From Candidatus Omnitrophota bacterium (GTDB taxonomy: Bacteria > Omnitrophota > Gorgyraeia > Duberdicusellales > 4484-171), in the NCBI GenBank assembly GCA_021735045.1, contig JAIPHU010000009.1, positions 1-32,000 on the forward strand: a stretch of DNA of 32,000 bases. Reading direction: 5' to 3'. The stretch's first letter is position 1, and each line of letters begins with the position of its first letter. The notes beneath the pieces are model-generated. The model saw only the letters and a list, made by a program, of their open reading frames with translations, ran no database searches and had not been told where the DNA came from. The translations under genes and the position numbers were made by a program. Shown here in pieces: positions 15,587 through 23,640 of this stretch.

Positions 15587-16606
15587 TTAGCCAGTTTGGA
15601 GGTGTTGGTGAGACTTTTTGGTAGCAATTCGGCCCCGGGGGCTGCGGGTAACAAAGCCTTTGGTAAGTAGGTATGGTTCAACTACATCCTCAAGAGTTTG
15701 ACGGTCTTCGCCTAAAGAGGCAGCAATGGCATCAATTCCGGCCGGGCCGCCTTGATAGATATTTATAAGTGCAGACAAATACTTTCTGTCAAGATCATCA
15801 AAACCTTGACCATCTATACCAACTTTATCTAAAGCACTTTTTGTTACCTCTAAATTAATTTTTCCATCTCCTTCAACTTGGGCATAATCTCTAATCCGTT
15901 TCAGCAAACGATTTGATAAACGCGGCGCACCTCGAGACCGGCTAGCAATCTCAAGACAGCTATCTTTATCAATCGGAATATCCAATAACTTTGCGCTTCG
16001 AGAAACAACTGTAGCTAGCTCATCAACCGGATAAAAATCAAAATCAAAAAATAAACCAAACCTTCCCCGCAAAGGTGCACTTAAAAGGCCTTTTTTTGTG
16101 GTTGCGCCGATTAAGGTAAACGGTTGTAGGTTAAACTTTACACTTTTGGCATAAGGCCCTTTATCAATTATAAAATCAATCTGGAAATTTTCCATAGCCG
16201 GATACAGAAACTCCTCAACCACCTTTGAAACCCGGTGAATTTCATCAATAAATAGCACATCGCCTTTTTCTAAATTAGTAAGAATTCCTACCAAATCTCC
16301 AGCTCGTTCAATCGCTGGCCCGCTAGTTGAAGTAAGTTTTGCTTTCATCTCTTTTGTTATACAATATGCCAGGGAAGTCTTTCCCAGCCCAGGGGGCCCA
16401 GAAAGTAAAAGATGTTCGATAGGTTCTTCTCTTTTTTTTGCAGCTTTAATTGCAACCCGCAAAGCTGATACTGTATTTTGCTGACCCGTAAACTCATCAA
16501 GGGTTTTTGGCCGCAGGGAAAGGTTTACAATTTGTTCTTCTTCGTTTTCTCCTAGATAATCAACAAATCGTTCTTCATTCATAATTGAAATTAGTTCTTG
16601 GCTCAT
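15587..16606 (-). CDS. ruvB: Holliday junction branch-migration helicase RuvB
   Basis: GPPGLGKTSLA Walker A and FIDEIHR Walker B. Typical RuvB C-terminal winged-helix region. Typical length of 339 aa. Confidence 0.95.
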   Translation of the reverse strand: MSQELISIMNEERFVDYLGENEEEQIVNLSLRPKTLDEFTGQQNTVSALRVAIKAAKKREEPIEHLLLSGPPGLGKTSLAYCITKEMKAKLTSTSGPAIERAGDLVGILTNLEKGDVLFIDEIHRVSKVVEEFLYPAMENFQIDFIIDKGPYAKSVKFNLQPFTLIGATTKKGLLSAPLRGRFGLFFDFDFYPVDELATVVSRSAKLLDIPIDKDSCLEIASRSRGAPRLSNRLLKRIRDYAQVEGDGKINLEVTKSALDKVGIDGQGFDDLDRKYLSALINIYQGGPAGIDAIAASLGEDRQTLEDVVEPYLLTKGFVTRSPRGRIATKKSHQHLQTG

Positions 16607-16664
16607 TGCTCTTAGCTCTTGGCAAAATATTAACTATGAGCTATCAGCCATGAGCTATGAGCTA
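16594..16664. repeat. Two inverted heptamer arrays (GCTCATN family) spanning the ruvB start codon and leader
   Basis: Plus strand 16594-16621: gttcttg gctcatt gctctta gctcttg. Plus strand 16634-16664: ctatgag ctatcag ccatgag ctatgag cta, which on the opposite strand reads GCTCATA GCTCATG GCTGATA GCTCATA. Confidence 0.85.
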
Positions 16665-16672
16665 CAAATTAA

Positions 16673-17377
16673 TTAGCTACTCACCAATTGGGGTTTGGCA
16701 ACTGAAATTGGGCCAAAAAGTTTTTCCTGCACCGCAGCAATCTCTTTTAACTTAATTAACTCTAAAATTGCTAAAAAAGTAACTACTATTTCTATCTTGC
16801 TTTTACTCTCTGAAAACAACTTCTCTAATGATACTTTCCCTTTTTCTAAAACAATGTGTAAAATATCGTGAATTTTATCTTCAACAGTAAATTCCTCTTT
16901 CATCACTTCAAAAAAAACATCTTTAGGAACTTCTTTCAGAGCCGATTTAAATGCGCTGATTAAATCAAAAATTGAAGCTTCAATATAGGTTTGGCTATAT
17001 TCTTTTGATGATGTTGGTGGACGAGGAAAATATTTATTTCTTTGATCTTCTTTATTCCGTAAGAATCCTGCTGCTTCTTTAAACTTTTCATATTCAAGCA
17101 ATCTTTTGACCAAATCATCAGCTTTTTCTTCCTCTTCTTCTTGATCTTCTTCTTCCTTAGGTAAAATACTTTTTGATTTTATACTAATTAGATTAGCAGC
17201 CATCAATAAATACTCTGAAGCAACAGTTAAATCAAGGAGCTCCATAACCTCAAGAAATTGTAAGTATTGATCGACCACTTGTGTAATCGAGATATCGGAA
17301 ATCTCTAAGTGATTTTTTTTGATTAAATAAAGAAGCAAATCTAGAGGACCCTCAAAAATATCTAACTTTAATCTCAT
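16673..17377 (-). CDS. scpA: Segregation and condensation protein A (kleisin)
   Basis: The N-terminal LDIFEGPLDLLLYLIKKNHLEISDISITQVVDQYL is a hallmark of ScpA. Acidic linker and C-terminal winged helix. Confidence 0.9.
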   Translation of the reverse strand: MRLKLDIFEGPLDLLLYLIKKNHLEISDISITQVVDQYLQFLEVMELLDLTVASEYLLMAANLISIKSKSILPKEEEDQEEEEEKADDLVKRLLEYEKFKEAAGFLRNKEDQRNKYFPRPPTSSKEYSQTYIEASIFDLISAFKSALKEVPKDVFFEVMKEEFTVEDKIHDILHIVLEKGKVSLEKLFSESKSKIEIVVTFLAILELIKLKEIAAVQEKLFGPISVAKPQLVSS

Positions 17378-17421
17378 CTTTTTATCACTAGCATATATTG
17401 CTTAATTTAAACTTTGATAAA

Positions 17422-17545
17422 CCCAAATTCCAAATTTCAAATCACAAATTAATTTCAAATACCAAATATCAAATTAATATTATTTTTCTTTTTAGATTTT
17501 ATGATTTGTCATTGATTTGACATTTGGATTTTGTCATTTGTAATT
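17422..17545. repeat. AT-rich inverted arrays of CAAAT/ATTTG heptad repeats (long imperfect hairpin) between trpS and scpA
   Basis: CAAAT begins at 17424, 17431, 17438, 17445, 17456, 17463 and 17470. ATTTG begins at 17504, 17515, 17522 and 17536, with ATTTTG at 17529. Confidence 0.8.
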
Positions 17546-17564
17546 AGCTTAATATTTCTACGAA

Positions 17565-18551
17565 CTAAATTAGCTTCATTGCCTTCTTTGCTTCCCTTAA
17601 TGTAGCTGAAGCAACTTTTTTTGCTTTCGCTTCTCCTCTATTTAGTATATCATATATTTTATTTTTGTCTTTGAGTATTTCTTTTTTTTCTTCCCTTTTT
17701 GGCGTTAAAAACTTTTTTATCGAGCTCAATAATATTTTTTTACATTCAACACACCCTTTCTTTGCATGAGTGCACCAATCTCCTACATCTTCTTCTAAAT
17801 CTGGATTAATTATTCTATAGTATGAAAAAACATTGCACTTTTTCGGATGGCCGGGATCTTTTTTCCTTTTCCTAGCTGGATCAGTAAACATTCCTAAAAC
17901 TTTTTTTTCTAGCGAATCATCATCTTGATCTAAAGCTATATAATTATTATAACTTTTGCTCATCTTTCTTCCATCTAAACCGCTAAGCCTAGAAACTTTA
18001 GTCAATAAAGCTTGTGGTTCAGTAAAAACTTTCTTTTTATAAAGACTACTAAATCTACGCACAATTTCTCTAGATAACTCAAGATGGGGCAACTGGTCTT
18101 CTCCTACCGGCACATAGTTTGCTTTATACAACACTATATCCGAAGCCTGAAGAGCAGGGTAACCCAAAAACGCATAAGTATTTATATCCTTTTCTTTAAG
18201 CTGTTTGACTTGCTCTTTAAAAGTCGGACATCGAGTCAGCCACCCCAATGGAGTAATAACAGATAAGATCATGAATAGTTCGAGATGTTCCAAAACTTGT
18301 GACTGTCTAAAAATAGTTGATCTATGAGGATCAACCCCAAAAACCAACCAATCAGCTACATTATCAACAGTTATATCTTTAATCAATTTCGGATTTTTAT
18401 ATTCACTCATCAAAGCATGCCAGTCAGCAACCATAAAAAAACAATTATATTTTTCTTGGAGGCTAATCCAATTAGACAATGCCCCTACCCAATGTCCAAG
18501 ATGAAGCTTTCCAGTTGGCCGCATTCCACTAAGTATTACTTTTTTATTCAT
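17565..18551 (-). CDS. trpS: Tryptophan--tRNA ligase
   Basis: HLGH (HIGH) and KMSKS class I motifs. Length and N-terminus (SGMRPTGKLHLGH) are typical of TrpRS. Confidence 0.93.
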   Translation of the reverse strand: MNKKVILSGMRPTGKLHLGHWVGALSNWISLQEKYNCFFMVADWHALMSEYKNPKLIKDITVDNVADWLVFGVDPHRSTIFRQSQVLEHLELFMILSVITPLGWLTRCPTFKEQVKQLKEKDINTYAFLGYPALQASDIVLYKANYVPVGEDQLPHLELSREIVRRFSSLYKKKVFTEPQALLTKVSRLSGLDGRKMSKSYNNYIALDQDDDSLEKKVLGMFTDPARKRKKDPGHPKKCNVFSYYRIINPDLEEDVGDWCTHAKKGCVECKKILLSSIKKFLTPKREEKKEILKDKNKIYDILNRGEAKAKKVASATLREAKKAMKLI

Positions 18552-18621
18552 TGTTAATTGGTTAATTTGTTAATTGGTTAATTGGTTAATTAACCACTCA
18601 CCAATTAACTACTCACTAATT
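18552..18621. repeat. Octamer tandem array (KGTTAATT x5) abutting the trpS start codon, plus a CACTCACCAATTAACTACTCAC module
   Basis: 18552-18591: tgttaatt ggttaatt tgttaatt ggttaatt ggttaatt. The 12-nt palindrome ggttaattaacc lies at 18584-18595. Confidence 0.85.
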
Positions 18622-18636
18622 CGTATATCCCCCTGG

Positions 18637-20541
18637 TTATAGTTTGCGGGAAATTACCTCTTGGCCAAAAACATCAATATAATCGCCTTCTTTAATTTGA
18701 TCATACCCTAGGCCAATCCCACATTCATAACCTTCTTTAACTTCCCGAGCGTCATTTTTAAATCTTTTTAAAGTTTCGATCTTTCCTTCAAATACAATAT
18801 CGCCACCTCGAGTTAGTTGACAAGGAGCCCCCCGCAATATTTTACCTTTCTCAACTTGAGATCCGGCAATAACTCCAGATTTTGAAACATTAAAAACAGC
18901 CTTTACTCTAGCTCTCCCCATAAAAGTTTTTTTCACATGAGGGGTAAGCAAACCTTCTAAAGCCGCCTTAATATCATCTATTAACTCATAAATAATATGA
19001 TAAGTTCTAACCTCTATCCCCTTCTTTTTAGCTAAATCTCTTGCTTGCGAATCTGTAGTAACCTTAAACCCTACCACCACAGCATCACTAACTTCAGCTA
19101 AAAGTATATCGGAAGAATTTATTAAACCGACACCTTTATGTACCGTTGACAACTCCACCTCTTTGGAAGGAATTTTAGCCAAAGCTCCCTCTACAGCCTC
19201 AAGAGTTCCTCCTACATCTGCTTTTAAAATAATCTTTAATTTTTTTATCTCTCCTTGTTTAATCTTTTTATGTAAATCTTCAAATCGCAGATGAGTAACT
19301 GGAGTAATCTTTTTCTTTTTTTCTTCATCTTCTCTTTTTTTCATAATTTCTTTAGCGGTTTTTTCATCAGGAGCCACCATCAACTTATCACCTGGAGCCG
19401 GTACCCCATTTAAGCCCAAAATTTCAATCGGTTCAGAAGGAAAAACCTTATCTTGGGTATTTCCCAGATCGTCATGCATTGCTTTAATTTTTCCTCCATA
19501 TCTACCACACACACACCATTGGCCTGTCTCTAAAGTTCCTTCTTTGATCAAGACAGTGGCTAAAGCTCCTTTACCTTTAGAAAGACGGCCTTCAACAACA
19601 ACGCCTATTGCCGGACGGTCAAAGTCTGCCTTCAACTCCATAACATCAGCTTGCAGCAAAATCAAATCAAGCAACTCATCTATACCGCTACCTTTTGTGG
19701 CCGAAACTTCCACAGTAGTAGTTTTTCCTCCCCAGTCTTCAGGAACCAGTTCTTGTTTAGATAGACCTTGTTTTACCATATCAATATTAGCATTATCCTT
19801 ATCAATTTTGTTGATCGCTACAATTATTGGTACTTCAGCAGCTTTAGCATGATCAATAGCTTCTATGGTTTGAGGTTTTATCCCATCATCAGCTGCAATA
19901 ACAATAACTACGATATCAGTAATACTTGCACCTCTGGCTCTCATTTGAGTAAAAGTCTCATGCCCAGGAGTATCGAGAAAACTAACACTTCCCTTGTCTA
20001 AATTAACTTGATAAGCTCCAATATGCTGGGTAATCCCCCCGGTTTCTTGATTTGTTACCTTACTCTTGCGGATATAGTCTAAGATACTAGTTTTGCCATG
20101 ATCAATGTGTCCCATTAAAGTGACTATAGGGGCTCTTTTTTTAACGTTTTTTGATTCTGTTTGTAAAATTTGTTCTTCTTGAGTTGGCTTTTCTTTTAAG
20201 TTAACCTTATAATCATAAGCAATAGTTTGAGCAGTTTTTTCATCTAAATTTTGGTTAATAGTAAACATCTTTCCTTTTTTAAATAAATCTCCGAGAAGCT
20301 GAGATGGTTTTTTACCTAATTTGGTAGATAAATCTTTAATTGTTATTGGGAAATCCACCTCAATAATATTTTCTTCTATCTCTTTTTTATCTAACTCTTC
20401 TACCTCATGTTTTATAATTTCAGCTGTATCTTTATCTACAACGGACATATGATTTTTTACGGGAAAATTAAGGCTTTTGAGCTTTTTAATCAATTCCTTG
20501 CTATCGATGTCCAATTGTTTAGCTAATTCATAAATTCTCAT
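18637..20541 (-). CDS. infB: Translation initiation factor IF-2
   Basis: G domain GHIDHGKTSILD / DTPGHE / NKID. Typical IF-2 C-terminal domains. Short N-terminal region. Confidence 0.95.
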   Translation of the reverse strand: MRIYELAKQLDIDSKELIKKLKSLNFPVKNHMSVVDKDTAEIIKHEVEELDKKEIEENIIEVDFPITIKDLSTKLGKKPSQLLGDLFKKGKMFTINQNLDEKTAQTIAYDYKVNLKEKPTQEEQILQTESKNVKKRAPIVTLMGHIDHGKTSILDYIRKSKVTNQETGGITQHIGAYQVNLDKGSVSFLDTPGHETFTQMRARGASITDIVVIVIAADDGIKPQTIEAIDHAKAAEVPIIVAINKIDKDNANIDMVKQGLSKQELVPEDWGGKTTTVEVSATKGSGIDELLDLILLQADVMELKADFDRPAIGVVVEGRLSKGKGALATVLIKEGTLETGQWCVCGRYGGKIKAMHDDLGNTQDKVFPSEPIEILGLNGVPAPGDKLMVAPDEKTAKEIMKKREDEEKKKKITPVTHLRFEDLHKKIKQGEIKKLKIILKADVGGTLEAVEGALAKIPSKEVELSTVHKGVGLINSSDILLAEVSDAVVVGFKVTTDSQARDLAKKKGIEVRTYHIIYELIDDIKAALEGLLTPHVKKTFMGRARVKAVFNVSKSGVIAGSQVEKGKILRGAPCQLTRGGDIVFEGKIETLKRFKNDAREVKEGYECGIGLGYDQIKEGDYIDVFGQEVISRKL

Positions 20542-20584
20542 AGATATACCTCATACTTTAAGTTTAATTATTTTTTGATTTAAT

Positions 20585-21859
20585 CTATCCTTTGTTTTCT
20601 TGCTCTTGCTGACTGTCTTGTTCCTCTTGTTGGTCGGCTGCATTAGCTTCTGCTTCTTGCTCCCTTATTCTCCTTTCTTTTTCTTCTTTCTTCAGCCTTC
20701 TATCTTCTTGCTGTTTTCTTTGTTCAGCTTTAACTTTTTTAGCTTCTTTTATAATTTTAGCTGCTTTTTTCTTACCTATCCCTTTTAATTCTGCAAGTTT
20801 TTTTTCCTCAGCATTCTCTAGCGAATTTAATGAATTATAACCAGAATCAACTAAACTTTCTGCTGCTTTTTTACCTAAACTCTTTAATTTTTGCAGTTCT
20901 TTAATTGCCTCTTCTATACTTTCTTTTGATCTTACATCTATGTCCCAATTAACAAGCTTAGAAGCCAGCCTTACATTTTGTCCCCTTTTTCCAATAGCAA
21001 TAGAAAGCTGATCTGAACTAAGTTGAACTTTGGCTCTTTTGTTTTCTCTGTCTAGCTCAATCATCGAAATTACTGCTGGGGAAAGCGCAGCCTTAATAAA
21101 TTCTTTGATGTCTTCACTCCACCTTACAATATCAATCTTTTCACCCCGTAATTCCTCAATTATATTTTTTACTCTTGAACCTCTGATTCCCACACAAGCC
21201 CCCACGCAATCAACTTTTTCTTCCTTGGAATATACTGCAATTTTTGTCCGTTCACCAGCTTGGCGAGCAATAGATTTTATCTCCACTATACCCTCGGATA
21301 TCTCCGGTACTTCAAGTTGAAATAGTTTCTTAACCAAAAGAGGGTCAATACGTGAAAGTATGATCTGGGTCCCTCTTTCTCTTTTTACTTCATAAACATA
21401 AGCCTTAACTCTTTCCCCCATTTTAAATCTATCTAAAGATGAAAGAAAAGATTTAGGGATTATACCTTCGGTTTTACCCATCAAATCTAAAATCACAGCT
21501 CTTTTTTCTAAGCGATAAACTACTCCGCCGACTATATCACCTTCTTTTTCCTTATACTCGTCATAAATATTATTTTTTTCTGCCTCACGAATTTTTTGGA
21601 TAATTACCTGACGAGCAGTTTGAGCTGCAATCCGTCCGAATTCCTGAGAAGTTACCTCTCTATCACCAATATAGACATGAATATCTCCACCCTTATCATC
21701 TATATCAACCGTTACATCTTCTTCGTCATGAGAACTCATTTTAGCTATTTTTTTTGCTGCAACAGTTAGGGCATAACGAACAGACTCCATAAGAACTTCT
21801 TTATCCAGCCCCTTTTCCCTTTCCAGTTGAGCAATTATACTTAAAAACTCTCTCTTCAC
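20585..21859 (-). CDS. nusA: Transcription termination/antitermination factor NusA
   Basis: N-terminal domain, S1 and two KH domains (GACVGIRGSRVKNI, AIGKRGQNVRLASKL). K/E/Q-rich tail. GTG start at 21857-21859 with a GGAGGT SD 7 nt upstream. Confidence 0.93.
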   Translation of the reverse strand: MKREFLSIIAQLEREKGLDKEVLMESVRYALTVAAKKIAKMSSHDEEDVTVDIDDKGGDIHVYIGDREVTSQEFGRIAAQTARQVIIQKIREAEKNNIYDEYKEKEGDIVGGVVYRLEKRAVILDLMGKTEGIIPKSFLSSLDRFKMGERVKAYVYEVKRERGTQIILSRIDPLLVKKLFQLEVPEISEGIVEIKSIARQAGERTKIAVYSKEEKVDCVGACVGIRGSRVKNIIEELRGEKIDIVRWSEDIKEFIKAALSPAVISMIELDRENKRAKVQLSSDQLSIAIGKRGQNVRLASKLVNWDIDVRSKESIEEAIKELQKLKSLGKKAAESLVDSGYNSLNSLENAEEKKLAELKGIGKKKAAKIIKEAKKVKAEQRKQQEDRRLKKEEKERRIREQEAEANAADQQEEQDSQQEQENKG

Positions 21860-21879
21860 AAGTTACCTCCTATTGATTG

Positions 21880-21914
21880 GCTCTTAGCTGTTAGCTCATG
21901 GCTCATTGCCAATA
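21880..21914. repeat. Heptamer tandem array (GCTCATN family) in the nusA leader
   Basis: gctctta gctgtta gctcatg gctcatt gccaata. This is the same heptamer family as at the ruvB start. Confidence 0.8.
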
Positions 21915-21956
21915 ACTTTAAAAAACATAAGTTATAAACCAACTGTATTTCTTTAG

Positions 21957-22412
21957 TTAAGTTCTAAACTTTTGTTTGCCTGTTTTTACTTTGTCAAAAT
22001 CTATAGATATTTGGTCTCCCTTATATTCTAAAATAAGTTTACCTTCTCTTAGGTCCTTTAGCCTTGCCTCTAGAAATTGCTTATCTAAAACCGGTTGATT
22101 AAGCCAAAGAAGGATATTTTTCCCTTTAACTTTTAGAAAATCCTGAGGCCGTTTTAATAATCTATCTAATCCCGGTGAGTTAACTTCTACTGTATAATCA
22201 ACATCAGAAAGAGATTCTTGAAGTTGATTAAAAATTATTTTATTTATCTGCCCACACTTATCTAAAGTAATGCCTCCTGCTGGATAGTCAATCAAGCATC
22301 TAATGGTTAACTTGCCTCTTAGATTAAAAGCTCTATACTCAACAAGTTCTACCTGTTCTTTTTTAATAATTTGCTTAACTTTATTTTCAATTTTATTTAG
22401 TATTATACTCAT
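21957..22412 (-). CDS. rimP: Ribosome maturation factor RimP
   Basis: Size, position directly upstream of nusA, and the conserved VE...LRI/LID...GGITLDKC and SPGLDR motifs. Confidence 0.85.
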   Translation of the reverse strand: MSIILNKIENKVKQIIKKEQVELVEYRAFNLRGKLTIRCLIDYPAGGITLDKCGQINKIIFNQLQESLSDVDYTVEVNSPGLDRLLKRPQDFLKVKGKNILLWLNQPVLDKQFLEARLKDLREGKLILEYKGDQISIDFDKVKTGKQKFRT

Positions 22413-23625
22413 CTCTAAAAAAATCCTTTATTTTATCTTTTGCAATCTCATGTTTTTGCCCAGTTTCCCGATTTTCAACTTCAACTTTTTTTGATTTCCG
22501 GTAATTTTTTCCAATAATCATAATATAAGGATTGCCAATTAAATAAGCATCATTGAACTTTACCCCAGCTGGATCTTTGCGATCATCAACTAAAACAGAA
22601 AAACCTTCTGCTTGCAAAAAACTTTCTATAGATAAAGCTTCTTGCGTTTGTTCCTTATCTAAAATTAATAAAGTTACATCAAATGGAGCTATAGTTTTTG
22701 GCCAAATCAATCCTTTATCATCAGAATTAGTTTCAGCTACTGCAGATAAAATTCTGCTTACTCCTATACCGTAACAACCCATAATCAAAGGTTTTCTTTT
22801 ACCATCCTTATCTAAAACAAAAGCTTCTTGTGCCTTTGAGTATTTAGTTCCTAATTTAAAAATATGCCCAATCTCAACCATCTTCTCAGGCTTAGTCTCA
22901 CTCTGACAAGATAAACATTTACCTTCTTTTTTATAATATTTTTTGCACTTAGAGCAAAAATATAAAATATCTTCTCCGATTTCAGCCGGAACCATAAATT
23001 CATGAGAAGCACTTCCGCCCATAGCCCCAGGGTCAGCCTCACTTATAACATAGTTAAGCTTAAATTGATCAAATATAACCTTATAAGCTTGGTGCATCTT
23101 CTGATAGTTAATCTCTAAGCCTTGTGAATCAATATCAAAACTATAAGCATCTTTCATAATAAACTCAGAACTTCGCATTAAACCAAAACGGGGCCGCGGT
23201 TCATCCCGAAATTTAGTTTGAATCTGGTAAAGAATAAAAGGCAACTGTTTATAAGAATTTATATAACGTTTTACAATTTCAGTGATTTCTTCCTCATGAG
23301 TAGGGCCAAGGCAAAGATTTCTGTCTTTTCTGTCTTTAAATCTAAACATTACTTCCTCTAAATCTTTATCCCGCCCGGTTTTTTCCCAAATATCAATAGG
23401 CTGGACCGCGCTCATAAATAGTTCTTGAGCCCCAGCTAAATCCATCTGCTTTTTAATTATTTTATTTATCTTAGTTAAAACTTTCCAACCTAAAGGTAAA
23501 TAAGAATAAATACCTGAGGAAACCATGTAGAGAAAATTTGCTTTGAGCAAAAGTTTATGGCTTTTACATTCTGCAACTTTTGGATCTTCTCTAGATGTAT
23601 TAATAAAACTTTTTGAATAAAGCAT
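22393..23625 (-). CDS. proS: Proline--tRNA ligase, bacterial type lacking the INS editing domain
   Basis: GPTHEE, RPRFGLMRSSEFIMKDAYSF, GGSASHEF, GHIFKLGTKYS and MGCYGIG motifs. Only 410 aa. Confidence 0.9.
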   Translation of the reverse strand: MLYSKSFINTSREDPKVAECKSHKLLLKANFLYMVSSGIYSYLPLGWKVLTKINKIIKKQMDLAGAQELFMSAVQPIDIWEKTGRDKDLEEVMFRFKDRKDRNLCLGPTHEEEITEIVKRYINSYKQLPFILYQIQTKFRDEPRPRFGLMRSSEFIMKDAYSFDIDSQGLEINYQKMHQAYKVIFDQFKLNYVISEADPGAMGGSASHEFMVPAEIGEDILYFCSKCKKYYKKEGKCLSCQSETKPEKMVEIGHIFKLGTKYSKAQEAFVLDKDGKRKPLIMGCYGIGVSRILSAVAETNSDDKGLIWPKTIAPFDVTLLILDKEQTQEALSIESFLQAEGFSVLVDDRKDPAGVKFNDAYLIGNPYIMIIGKNYRKSKKVEVENRETGQKHEIAKDKIKDFFRDEYNTK

Positions 23626-23640
23626 AGTTAAACCTTTTGA

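Noticed and set aside
15482-15670. Plus-strand 62-aa ORF spanning the ruvB 3' end and the downstream spacer.
   Set aside because: It begins with a non-ATG codon in the spacer and overlaps the ruvB C-terminus antisense. It has no SD, and the region is better explained by the hairpin, palindrome and promoter elements on the minus strand.
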